Shown piece after piece: positions 1 to 11,263 of a DNA stretch of 64,000 nt. Position 1 is the first letter of the stretch. Each line of letters starts with the position of its first letter. The stretch comes from Octopus sinensis. Its lineage: Eukaryota. Under the pieces are notes generated by a model, which did no database searches, had not been told where the DNA came from, and saw nothing but the letters and a program-made list of their open reading frames with translations. The translations under genes and the position numbers were made by a program. The stretch spans positions 80,414,001 through 80,478,000 of the forward strand of contig NC_042997.1 in the NCBI RefSeq assembly GCF_006345805.1, in the 5' to 3' direction.

Positions 1-293
1 GGGCAAAGTTTAGGGAGCTCTTACCTCTGCTGGTGACTAAAGGCCTCTCGCTCAGAGTAAAAGGCAGACTGTATGATGCATGTGTACGAACAGCCATGCT
101 ACATGGCAGTGAAACATGGGCCGTGACTGCTGAGGACATGCGTAAGCTCGCGAGAAATGAAGCTAGTATGCTCCGTTGGATGTGCAATGTCAGTGTTCAT
201 AGTCGACAGAGTGTAAGTACCTTGAGAGAAAAGTTGGACCTAAGAGGAATCAGATGTTGTGTGCAAGAGAGACGATTGCGCTGGTATGGTCAT
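1..293 (+). mobile_element. RTE-clade LINE family A, 3' coding fragment (post-RT C-terminal region)
   Basis: ORF 33..500 encodes KGRLYDACVRTAMLHGSETW...QERRLRWYGH (LxGSETW and RLRWxGH are RTE C-terminal motifs). About 4 differences in ~260 nt from 51704-51965. Ends abruptly in (TA)n. Confidence 0.85.
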
Positions 294-370
294 ATGTATA
301 TATATATATATATATGTATATATATACATATGTATATATATATATGTAAATATATATATGTATATATATA
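294..370. repeat. (TA)n microsatellite
   Basis: Directly visible; abuts the (TGA)n tail of the minus-strand LINE. Confidence 0.95.
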
Positions 371-3300
371 TCATCATCATTGTTCGACCGTGGTCGAGAC
401 AATGGAATTTACCATGTTGCGCCAGACTTCACGGTCCATCATAGCATTACGGAGGTCCTGTTGCTGGATGCCTGTATCCCTGGAGATTACATCAGGGTAG
501 GAGAGTGTGTGCCCTCTGGTGTTGCGAGTAGATGGCTTCCAGAGGAGAAGAGTAGAAATTACTTCTTTTTCAGCTCTACAACAATGTCCAGCAAACTGGA
601 CTCTCCTACCTTTCACAAGAGATGACACAGGTGGTAATTTCCCATATATTTGCATTTTAGTTGGATGGCTCCTCCACGAGAGATTTTGAGCTCTCATAAG
701 GAGGCGAGTGTAGGTTCCATCCAACCACCTCTCAAGCTTCTTTGATAACGTCCAGGTTTCTGAGCCATATAGTAGAATTGGTTTGACTGTGGCTTTGAAT
801 ATTTCAAGTTTGAAGTCTCTACTTAGATTTGATGACCAGATCTTATGCATGTCATTACAGGCTGACCAGGCTATACCCTTTCTAGTTAGAAAGTCTTTTC
901 CAGATGATGATATGTATGACCCAAGATATTTATAATCAGAAACCATATTTAAAGGTGCACTGTTGAGAGTGTGGATGATGCAATCACTGTTGGACAGGCA
1001 CTTGTTCATGTATTCAGTTTTGGTCTCATTAAGGTAAAGACCTACACAATTTGAGGCTTGTTCAAGAGATTGTAAAAGAGACTGGGCATTGGAGAGAGAA
1101 TCACTGATAAGAGCGATGTCGTCAGCAAAGTCAGTGTCTGTCAAGTACTCAGCTGGGTGTCTGGAACTTCTTCTTGGTTTTATTTCAAAGCCCTTGCCAG
1201 AGATGGTATCAACTGACATACGTAGCACATAATCAACAACAATGATGAAAAGAAATGGGGCGAGTGTCTCCCTGCAGTATTCCGGCCTCGATCGAGAAAG
1301 ATGATGTTTCTCCATCAGGGGTTAAGATGGTTGAAGACGTATCTGTGTAGAGGACCTTGATGGCAGAAATAATTTTGTCTGGTATCCCATAGAGCTTAAG
1401 GATTTCAAACATCTTGCACCTATCTACAGAATCGAACGCTTTAGAAAAGTCTACAAATACCATTGCAAGATCGCGATTAAATGCTTTTGATTCTTCAATA
1501 AGTCTGCGCAGGCATAGTATCTGGCTCAGCGTTGAGCGCCCATGTCTGAATCCATTTTGGTTCTTTCGGAGCAAAGGTTCAACAAAAAGGACAAGACGAT
1601 TTAGGATCAGTTTGTTGTACAGTTTTGCAGCAATTGACATTAGAGATATGCCCCTGTAGTTGGTGACGAGGGACAAATCGCCTTTTTTGGGTATTGGAAT
1701 GATTTGAGACTGGTGCCAAATCTTTGGAGCGACAAAGGTGGAAAGTGTGTGGTTGCAGAGGTTAAGCAAAAGTGTGTGAAATCTATCATCCTTCCAAATC
1801 ACAGCCGGAATGTTGTCGGGACCAAATGCTTTCGAGGCTTTTAGTTGCTTGGTGGCTGCTGTTAGTTCAAATATGGTAAAAGGGGAGGTGTTGATGTCCA
1901 GCGTGTCTGATATAGGTACACTTGGGAGAGTGGGGTTATCAGGGATTTTGGCATTCTTCCCAAGGAGGTTTTTAAAATGGGTTGACCAATTTTCTAAACG
2001 CTTCTTAGCTGATCCCCCTTTAATTCTAATTGATGACCCAGAATTTTTGCCTGATAGGTCTTTGATGGATTTCCAGGCGAGATGGTGTTTTTTACTAATG
2101 TGCTCTTTCGATAGTTTACTAATTTTGCCATTGATAAATTCGACCTCGGCGTTCAAGTAAGCCTCATCAAGATTCTTCCTGGCAGCTATGAGTTGGATCT
2201 TCAGTGACTGGGATGGAGAACGGTGGTAAGCTAGTGATATAGACTTTAGATGGTTTCTGGCTTCGATGACATTTGGGGAATTAGAAGGTTTGCTCTGGCC
2301 CCTACTCTTCCTTTTGGGAAGAGTAGCCAGTGCAACTTCCTCTGTTGATTTGATGAGGCTGCTGTATACTTCCTCAATGTTCTCAGCATCTATTTCAGAA
2401 GTAGACAGAGATTGAAATTTGTTATAGACCTCAATAGTAAATTGTTTGGACATATCGGGGTTAGATAAGACTTCCTCCCAGTCGATCATTTTGATCGGGT
2501 GAGGCTTAGTTTTTTTGGATGAGCGAAGACTAAGCTTAACGGTAGCTGATACAATTCTGTGGTCAGAGCCGACAGAACTAAAGGAAGAATAGGATCTCGA
2601 GTCCTTAACACTATAGCGCCATTTCTTTCGAAAGATGAGGTAGTCAATTTGTGCCCTATCACCAAGTGGGGACTCAAATGTCCAAAGTTGACCTTTTGGT
2701 TTCATAAAAGAATTGTTGGAGGTGTAGAGATTAAATTCCTCCAAGAAGTCTTTGAGCATTTCTCGTTCCGATTGGTTTTAGAGTTGAAAGTAAACTTGGT
2801 CTCATCGGGTCCTAGTCTAGCATTCAGATCACCAGCTATAACCAGAAAATTATGGAGAGGTACTTGCTCAATGGTTGAACGAAGGGTTGTATAGAAATTT
2901 TCAATTTCGTCTGCCACAGACGAATTATGTGGGCTATACACACATACCAATGTTGTTTTTGGGTTTCCATCTATCTCAAGCACCATAATTCTTGGTGAGA
3001 TTGACTCTATACTCAAGAGAGTATCACTAGCCTTTGATGAAAGTAGAAATCCGATACCTCCAACTGTTGAATTAACAGTATTCTTTGATGCTGAGGAGGT
3101 TACAAGTTGATAAGAACCGACTTGATGGTATTTGAGGATGTTGTCAGGGTGGTAAAATCGGTGTTCTTGGACAGCTATTATATCAACGCCATGTGATTCT
3201 GCATTTGCACCAAGTTCTTCTAGACAGCCAAGAGAGCCGAGGGTGCGGGCATTGAGGGTGCTGAGTATCGTATGATTTTTACAGCTGATGAGGTGTTTGT

Positions 3301-3743
3301 TTGGTGTTGTTTGGTTGGGGGCTGACTCTTCTCCATCAGGTGATACCCGTCTGTTAAGATTGAGGGCATCACCATCAATGAATGCCCTTGGAGGTGCAAC
3401 ATGATCAGAGACAGGACCCGGCAAAGCAGGGGCTGGACCTACATCCGCAGGTATACCATTAGGTCTGGTTCCCTGGGGAAGAGGAACCCTGGTGCAGTTA
3501 ATTGTAAATTCCATAGTCTTTTCAAATGGCTAATAATGTGTGCGCGCGCCACTACTACACACATTGGAAAGCATTGTACAACCAAGTACTAAAGAAGATC
3601 TTTCCTCCTCCATGAAACAAAGCTGTTCCCGCTGGACGTCAACCCAGTACTTCTAAGCTACGGGCTGAGTGATTTATTGTAAGGTTATCTCCCTAGATAG
3701 GTTGCCTTCACTACGGCTAAGGAGCCCTTTCTACCCCACTGAC
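371..3743 (-). mobile_element. Near full-length RTE-clade LINE (family B): ~230 bp 5'UTR, single EN-RT ORF, (TGA)n tail
   Basis: Three overlapping ORFs: AP endonuclease (STLNARTL, IIAVQEHR, VYSPH, IAGDLNARLG, SDHRIV), RT (GPDNIP, NYRGISL, QNGFRHGRST, FVDFSKAFDSV, GILQGDT/LAPFLF, FADD) and C-terminus (YKYLGSYI, LLYGSETW). Flanked by TA microsatellites on both sides. Confidence 0.95.
377..3514 (-). pseudogene. RTE endonuclease/reverse transcriptase ORF, ~1046 aa when repaired; 1-nt deletion near 2764 and 2-nt deletion near 1262
   Basis: ORFs 2702..3514, 1233..2759 and 377..1315 join at NRN(G)EMLKDF and GDT(L)APFLF. No internal stop codons. The stop TGA is the first unit of the tail. Confidence 0.9.
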
Positions 3744-3827
3744 ATATATATATATACATACATACATATATATATATATATACATACATATATATATACA
3801 TATATATATATATATACATACATATAT

Positions 3828-4297
3828 ATCATCATCATTTAGCGTCCGCTTTCCATGCTAGCATGGGTTGGATGGTTCAACTGGGGTCTGTGAAGCTGGA
3901 AGGCTTCGTCAGGCCCAGTCAGATCTGGCAGTGTTTCTACGGCTGGATGCCGTAGAAACCACTCCGTGAGTGTAGTGGGTGCTTTTTATGTGCCACCTGC
4001 ACAGTTGCCAGACAGAGCTGGCAGATGGCCACGAACGGACGGTGCTTTTACGTGTCACCGGCACGGGGCCAGGCGATGCTGGCAATGGACATGAACGGAT
4101 GGTGCTTTTACCTACCACCGACACGGGGCCAGACAGAGCTGGCAAACGGCCACGAATGGATGGTGCTTTTACGTGTCACCGGAACGGTGGCCAGGCGAAG
4201 CTGGCTACGGACACGAACGGATGGTGCTTTTACGTGCCACCGACACGGGTCCAGACGGAGCTGGCGAATGGCCATGAACGGATGGTGTTTTTACGTG
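3828..4297 (-). mobile_element. RTE family A 3'UTR fragment with ~60 bp tandem array
   Basis: Begins catcatcatttagcgtccgctttccatgctagc (reverse of the family tail). Repeated ggtgcttttacgtg units match 52215-52765. Confidence 0.85.
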
Positions 4298-4517
4298 TAT
4301 ATATGAATACATATATAAAATGTGACCTCGTGTGTACCGTTTGGGATTTTTTTCTCTGTCTTCCCTTCTCTGGATCTTTCTTTCTCCTATGTTTCCGACG
4401 AAGAGCTCTGCTCGAAACATTAAACCCTCCTTCTTTCCTGAGCGTCCAATAATACTATATTTGTTCCACATCCTCGCGTTGTGTTTTTTTGGCTTTCTTG
4501 TTTGGATTAACTATATT
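4298..4517 (+). mobile_element. ~220 bp Penelope pLTR / retrozyme-like insert carrying a hammerhead motif
   Basis: Unrelated to the RTE pieces on both sides, TA-rich ends, contains CCGACGAAGAGC..GCTCGAAAC. Minimal hammerheads are an established hallmark of Penelope-like element pLTRs. Confidence 0.5.
4391..4425 (+). ncRNA. Minimal type I hammerhead ribozyme relic
   Basis: Stem I GTTT(4391-94)/AAAC(4422-25); core CCGACGA (CUGANGA with U4>C) plus an extra A; stem II GAGC-TCT-GCTC; GAAA; then C-A-T-T (ACAT could be CpG-decayed palindromic ACGT). Confidence 0.55.
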
Positions 4518-4704
4518 CAGTGCAGGTGGCACGTAAAAAGCACCCACTACACTCACGGAGTGGTTGGCGTTAGGAAGGGCATCCAGCTGTAGAAACATTG
4601 CCAGATAAGACCGGAGCCTGGTGCAGCATTCTGGCTTCCCAGATTCCCGGTCGAACCATCGAACCCACGCTAGCATGGAGAACGGACGTTAAACGATGAT
4701 GATA
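4518..4704 (+). mobile_element. RTE family A terminal 3'UTR fragment
   Basis: gcacgtaaaaagcacccactacac...gcgttaggaagggcatccagc...ggacgttaaacgatgatgat matches 52745-52933. Confidence 0.85.
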
Positions 4705-4713
4705 TATATATAC

Positions 4714-4795
<82 letters not shown>

Positions 4796-4810
4796 CATAT
4801 ATACGAATAT

Positions 4811-5760
4811 ATCATCATCATCATTGTTTAGCGTCCGCTTTCCATGCTGGCATGGGTTGGACGGTGCAACTGGGTTCTGGGAAGCCAGAAGGCTGCGCCA
4901 GGCCAGTCTGATCTGGCAATGTTTCTACGGCTGGATGCCCTTCCTAACGCCAACTACTTTATGAGTGTAGTGGGTTCTTTTTACATGCCACCTTCACAGG
5001 TGCCAGACAAGTCTGGCAAACGGCTATGATTGAATGGTGCTTTTTACGTGCCACCAGCACGGAGGCCAGGCGAGGCTGGCAATGGCCACGATCGGATGGT
5101 GCTTTTTACCTGCCACCGGCACGGAAGCCAGTCAGGGCGGCACTGCCAACGGCTACGTTCGGATGGTTCTCTTATGTGCCACCAGCACAGATATCACAGC
5201 GACAATTTCCATTCATGATGATCAATTTTGATTTTTTAATTTTTTTTTTTTTTAAAATTTTTTTTATTATTTTCACTTGCCTCAACAGGTCTTCACAAGT
5301 AGGGTTTTGTGTCCCAAGAAGGAAAGGTATGCAAAGTGGACTGAGGCCATGGCTGATGGTCTCACTTGCCCTGCCGGGTCTTCTCATGCACAGCATACTT
5401 CCAAAGGTCTCGGCCTCTAGTCATTTCCTCGGTTAGACCTAAAGTTCGAAGGTCGTGCTTCACCAACTCATCCCAGGTTTTCCTGGGTCTGCCTCTTCCA
5501 CAGATTCCCTCAACAGCTAAGGTGTGGCACTTTTTCACACAACTACCTTCATCCATTCTCGCCACATGGCCATACCAGCGCAAACGTCTCTCTTGCACAC
5601 CGCAACTGATGCTTCTTAGGTTCAACTTCTCTCTGTTGAGTATGAACACTGACATTACACATCCATCGGAGCATACTGGCTTCATTTCTTGCGAGCTTAC
5701 GCATATCCAAAGCAGTCACGGCCCATGTTTCACTGCCATGTAGCATGGCTGTTCGTACAC
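4811..5760 (-). mobile_element. RTE family A 3' end (C-terminal coding region plus 3'UTR)
   Basis: ORFs 5549..5746 (MLHGSETW) and 5362..5685 (QERRLRWYGHVARMDE...GRGRPRKTW); tail catcatcatcattgtttagcgtccgc at 4811. Confidence 0.9.
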
Positions 5761-5845
5761 AAATATATATATATATATATATACATACATGTACGTATAT
5801 CTATCTATCTATCTATATATATATATATATATATAGATAGATAGA

Positions 5846-6100
5846 CATAAGAGGAATGACCACTAGGTGGATTCCTAATATGCTAAAGGTAGATCCCATA
5901 TGATTTGAGCACTAAGAAAAATTGTTCTCGAGAAATTTCGGCAAACACCAGAATGTAAAGTGAGCAAGACAAATGAAAACATACAAAATATAGTGATCAG
6001 AACAAATATAGTGATAAGGAAAATTTGTTTTAGTGGTGAGACCATATGGGGTCCACCTTTAGCATATTAGGAATCCACCTAATGATCAATCCCTATATGT
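5846..6100. mobile_element. MITE-like element with ~80 bp imperfect inverted arms
   Basis: taggtggattcctaatatgctaaaggtagatcccatatg (~5865-5902) is the reverse complement of catatggggtccacctttagcatattaggaatccaccta (~6044-6082). Confidence 0.6.
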
Positions 6101-6334
6101 ATGTAAAATAATTTTCTGAATCTTCAGGTTATTTCCAATATACTTGACCACTGGTTTCTCTTGATATTAATTTAATTAATATCAATTTTTACACTTACTA
6201 TTTAAATTTATATATATATATATATATATTTATATGTCTGTATAAATATGTATAAATATATATATATATTCATTTATATATAACCATATACACACACATA
6301 TATATATTTATATACATACATATACATATAGCAT

Positions 6335-8935
6335 ATTTTTTGTTCTAGTTTCAGCTCAGAGCTGTGGCCATGCTGATGCACCGCCATTTTGCTACACTGT
6401 TATTACTAAGAGCCTCCTCTAATATGTGGCACTTGGAGAAGCATGGAGTTTGATATAGCTGCCCTCATTGCACCTCTTGCCGTGAGGTAGGTTCATCTGG
6501 GACTCTCGACAGGAAGAGGTCCAGCTTTGATTTAAAAACCCTTATATCTACTTTGTGCAAGTTCCTGAGACTCTTTGGAAGAATATTAAAAAGCTGTGGT
6601 CCCTTGAAACCCAGGCAGTTGCAGTAGCTGGGCCTGAAGCGTGATGGCATTGCTGGGACCTTTAGCACTATGCAGTGTCATCCCATTCTGGCATTGGCGT
6701 AGCTTTCAATGCCAAAATTTGGCACATTTCCTTCCAGGATTTTCCAGATATATAGTACTGCATACCTCTCCCGTCTTCTGTCCAGGTAGTAGAGTTTTAA
6801 TCTTTCCCAGTAGCTGAGCTGTTGCCAAGAGATGATCTTTGTGAATCTTCTCTGGATTGCTTCAAGTTCCGCTGTTAATTTCACACTGGTGGGTGACCAT
6901 AGCTGTGAGCAGTAATCCAGGTGGCAGAGGATAATGTTCCCCTTAGGATCCATCCAGCCAGTCGTCTGCACTTTATTGCCATCCTGGTAATAAGCACTTG
7001 GAAAGAGGTATCATCACTCATGTCGATACCCAGGTCCCTCACTGATTTAGGCACTGGGACTGAAATTCCCTGTGGACCAGTGTACCCTGTAAGTTTAATA
7101 TTCAGTTTTGGATGCTGGTAGTGCAGGGCCTGGAATTTTTCAGCATTAAACTGCATATTATTGTCCTCAACCCATCTTTAAATTGAGTCCAACTCCAACT
7201 GCAGGTGTGCAACATCGCTGGGGTTCTGTACTTTCTGTGAGACTTTCGTATCATCTGCATAGCTTTGTATCATCTGGGCATTTGAAGGCAATATTCTGAG
7301 AGGGCCACTATAAAAAGCAGTGGTCCCAAGACAGTGCCCTGTGGAAAACCATTCACTATTTGTGTTTTCATAGAGGTCGCTCCATTAGCCACTACTGCCT
7401 GACTCTTATCTTTCAGGAAATCGTGTAACCACTCTCCAAGTTTTCCAGCTATGCCAAGGACACGCTGTTTGTGGCATATCATATCATGATCCACCTTGTC
7501 AAAAGCTTTTGCAAAATCAAGGTATATTACATCCACATTTGATTTGTTGAGTAACTGCCTCAACACCCAGTCATAATATTGTAAGAGCTGGGTCAAGCAG
7601 CTCCTACCTGGTTAAAAACCATGCTGGGTATCATTGAGCAAGGAATGTGGTTAGTTTCCCTCTGACTATCTGTTCCATGACTTTGCTGATGTGTGAAGTC
7701 AGAGAGATAGTTTTTGGCATCTGCTCTACTTCTCCCTTTATGTATTAGGCATATTATTCCCTCCTTCAGCTTGTTTGGCAGTTTGCAATTTGTAAGAAAG
7801 ATCTGGAAGAGAATTTGAAGGGGTTTTGCCAGGGCATGCTTACACGATTTGAGGAGGATTGCTGGGAAACCATCAGGACCAGCGGCTGAGTTTGTGTCCA
7901 CTTCATCTATGTTGAGTAGTATATCTTCTTCGCTAATGTCAATGTATTCCATTGTAACTGCCTTGCTGATTATAGGTGAGGCGGCAAAGAAGTCCACTGG
8001 TTCGTTCACTTGTCTGTCTTCCAACGGGGTGGTAAAGACACTTTTGAATTGGTCATTCAGTATCTCACTGATCTTAGTTGGACTGTCTGTGAGGGAGCCA
8101 TCTTTTTGGAGGAGGAGTCCTATCTTGTAGTGTACTGAGGCTGTTTCTTTCGCGTAATGAAAGAAGGCCTTTGGGTTTGACTTAATTTTTATTATAACCC
8201 AGGCGTCTTTGTCTGCTTTCTCCCTCACATAGGATTGTTGCAGCCTTTTTCTTTATCTCTATCAGTGTTGTTTTTAGGCGGGACGTTTCGCTACTTTTGG
8301 TATGTTGGTTGAATCGATTTGCAACCTTTGTCCATCGTCACATGAGGATCTTCCTCACCCTTGCAATCATGCTCGTATTTGTTTTGGTCTTGTGCTCTGG
8401 GACATATTTCTGGCATATGGCTTGCACAGAAAACATGAAACATTCTAGTTTCATATCAATATCTGGTGTGGAGAGACATTTCAGCCGGTCCTCTCTGAGG
8501 ATCTCTTTTTGGATCGATTTCCAGTTTGCTTTGTGGAAGTTCAGATTGGAGAGATTTCGGGTGCTTCCTTTAGGCTGTATGTCTCTGGTTACTTTCGGCC
8601 CAAACATAGACAGCTCTATTATGTTGTGATCCAAGACTAATGTTGGGACTCCACCTGTGCTTGCTTGCAATGAGTCATTCCTGAGAGTATGAGACCTTCG
8701 GGCCATTTGACATTGGGGAAGTTGAAATCACCCATAAGAAATATGGTCACGTGATGTTCCAGATTCATGAGGATTTCTTTAATTCTTGCGGGGCAATCTT
8801 CAAACTTGCCTATGTGGGTTAGAGCATCCGGTGGGCAATATGTATTGCATATGACTATATTATGTTGTCTTATGTATACAATTAGAGTGTCACATACTGA
8901 ATACAATAGTTTTAAACTCTTCCTTTGAAGTAAGT
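6335..8935 (-). mobile_element. Decayed 5'-truncated CR1/L2-group LINE (EN remnant, RT, C-terminus, structured 3' tail)
   Basis: Fragments YCPP...MGDFNFPNVKW (EN), SAAGPDGFP, PGRSCLTQL, DVIYLDFAKAFDKVDH, PQGTVLGPLLF, YADDTKV (7250-7261), YCSQLWSP, SYWERLK, RRRERY, FKSKLDLFL. Many stops and frameshifts. Exact clade uncertain. Confidence 0.88.
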
Positions 8936-9008
8936 GTGACACACACCACAGGTATGTACAAAAACAAAAAAAACCTAGTGTATTAATATTATCAACAAGG
9001 TTAACTGA

Positions 9009-9227
9009 TTAGTAGTTATAAAGACCAGAACACTCACTGGAGTTTTGGGAAACAGGAATAAGAGGCCAATTTCCAGAAGTTAAGCATATACTGAAGAGTT
9101 TTGATAGAACAGAAGGAAGTTCCAACATATTTTCTAAAACAATAATAGAAATATTATCCAAACCAGATGCCATATAAATGTCAAGGTTGGAAATTACTTT
9201 TGCCACAGATTTAGAAGTTATATGCAA
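9009..9227 (-). mobile_element. Old Jockey/CR1-type LINE RT fragment
   Basis: VAKVISNLDIYMASGLDNISIIVLE...LPSVLSKLFSICL...WPLIPV resembles the KASGPDxI...LSKLFN...W...IPV start of an RT domain. Confidence 0.6.
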
Positions 9228-11263
9228 GTCAGATAAACAAACATCACATTAAGAATGAAAGTTTGGAAGGACATGAGCAGACAATCTAATCTGTAACTGT
9301 AGAAACCAATAAAAGAGAAGCTATTCTCTTTTTAATAGACTGATTTCTATTTTGCTAGAGAGAAGAAAGTTTTCCAACTCATGCATCAGACACAATCATT
9401 TGATTATGGTATCAATGAAAATGGCACTTAATAATTCTTTGAATATTAAACCATACGATATATTGATAATCAAACTGAATTTATTAAAGCTAATCAATTT
9501 CATTATAAAAGACTGAGATAGTTTAAAGGAAAGGTTAAGTAATATTTCCTATAGCATCATATATAATAATTTAAAAGAACACTTACTAGTTCACTAAAAA
9601 CACTTTAGCTAAAAATATATAATGTTTAAATATATGAAATTTAATTTTCTATATTTGTGACTCATTGGCTGCACATCAAAAATGTTTATGTATGTCTTTT
9701 TTTTTTTAGAAAGAAAAAAAAAACTCGACCAATATATTTAAAAACTTAATTTTTATTTTAATTGCAGTTAATGATTCTCAAGTAATAATTTAAAAGCTTC
9801 TGTAGGCTACTTTTATAAAATCCAAATGTTTTGGGAGCATATATTGTAAAAAGGTTCATTTTAATGAAGTATATAGTCTCTCATGAGTATACAAATCCCA
9901 CTGATTTGTAAATAATTGATAGTATGCAGGGACAAAAAACAGAGTCAAAATACTGTAGAAGTTATTCTGAAGTAGATACCATGAAGATGGGATCCTCATG
10001 TTATGAAAAACAGTTATTTTCAATTTTAACCCAAGAGGCTTTATAATGTTCAATAAAAGTACTTCTATGTGGTCACTAAATCTGCTGGAAATTGCAGTCA
10101 AATCTTCCTTAAATCAATATTTTATTATCTTAAAGAAGGACTTACAAGTATCATAGATTGAGTTGCAATATTTCAGAGTAGAAGGAAAGAAGAGGATGGT
10201 CACAGTTTAAATGCCTTTGATCATAAGTTTGCATGATTGTGTCCAGACAACAAACCTAGAAGACCTCAGTCACAATTCATTGGCTGGATTGCTCTATTTC
10301 ATACAGTGTTGTAGTAACAATATTCAGCCAAATGCTAAACAATGTCTTCCTGAAAATGAAAATGGCTTTTGATTATGGTGTAATTGTTTGTTATAAAACT
10401 TCCCAGTTGCCATTGCTTAACATTCTAATAGTCTATTCATATTCAGTTACCTGGCAATTAGAATACAATATGAAATTCAAACTAATAGAAAGCCATTGTC
10501 TCTAAGATTATTAACTGATAATTTATGTGGCCCTTCACTTTTTTCTTAACTGAGACACTAAGTTTGTAAATGACAATTGACAGTTGAAATAAATGAACTG
10601 AATTATTGAGTTGATAATGATGGTGATAGTTGTTGTTTAGTGCCAATTTAACCTTTTTGGGGATCTATGATCAAAAGTATATCAACAACAAATATTATCC
10701 CTTTTGAATATTATCTGCCTTTACCATCATGATTCAGAGTGTACATTCCATTTGAAAATTGTTTGCCATTATTCAAATTAAACTCCTGAATTCCTTGTAA
10801 TTATTCACAAAATGTATCTAACAGAAACAAATTTTCTGAGGATAAATTAATAACATCATTATAAAAGGAAGAGTAGTCTTAGAATCTTAGGTCCCACTTT
10901 GAATATAATTTTACAATAAACAGGGATACCAAGACTTAAATCATTTTTGTCAGATGTAACAGCTCTATCGTCACAGGCTAACACTGGTAGGATGTGGAAA
11001 ATCAAGGAAAACTGATAAAATTATTTATTGTTGCAATCTTTCTGTAATACCTTATTATTTTCTACAACAGCTTTTACATCAATGATCAGCCCACCTTTCT
11101 TCTTAAATTCGATACTATAATGTATAAGTTGTGCCTTCCAATTTTTATGTTTCTTTTTCGTTGAGAATTTTGTTGCAGTTTCAAGCAGGTTGAGCAGCAA
11201 CAAAAATGCTCCCACCTATGTAGTTAACAGCAAGTAATTATTGAATTCAATAAGCACCTAGAG

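Noticed and set aside
1414-2894. Plus-strand ORFs overlapping the RTE LINE
   Set aside because: Antisense shadows of the RT coding sequence.
6115-6172. Minus-strand GAAACCAGTGGTC...CTGAAGA hammerhead-like words
   Set aside because: No stem I or stem II pairing could be built.
9856-10101. 81 aa minus-strand ORF
   Set aside because: No recognisable motif or convincing splice sites; length compatible with chance.
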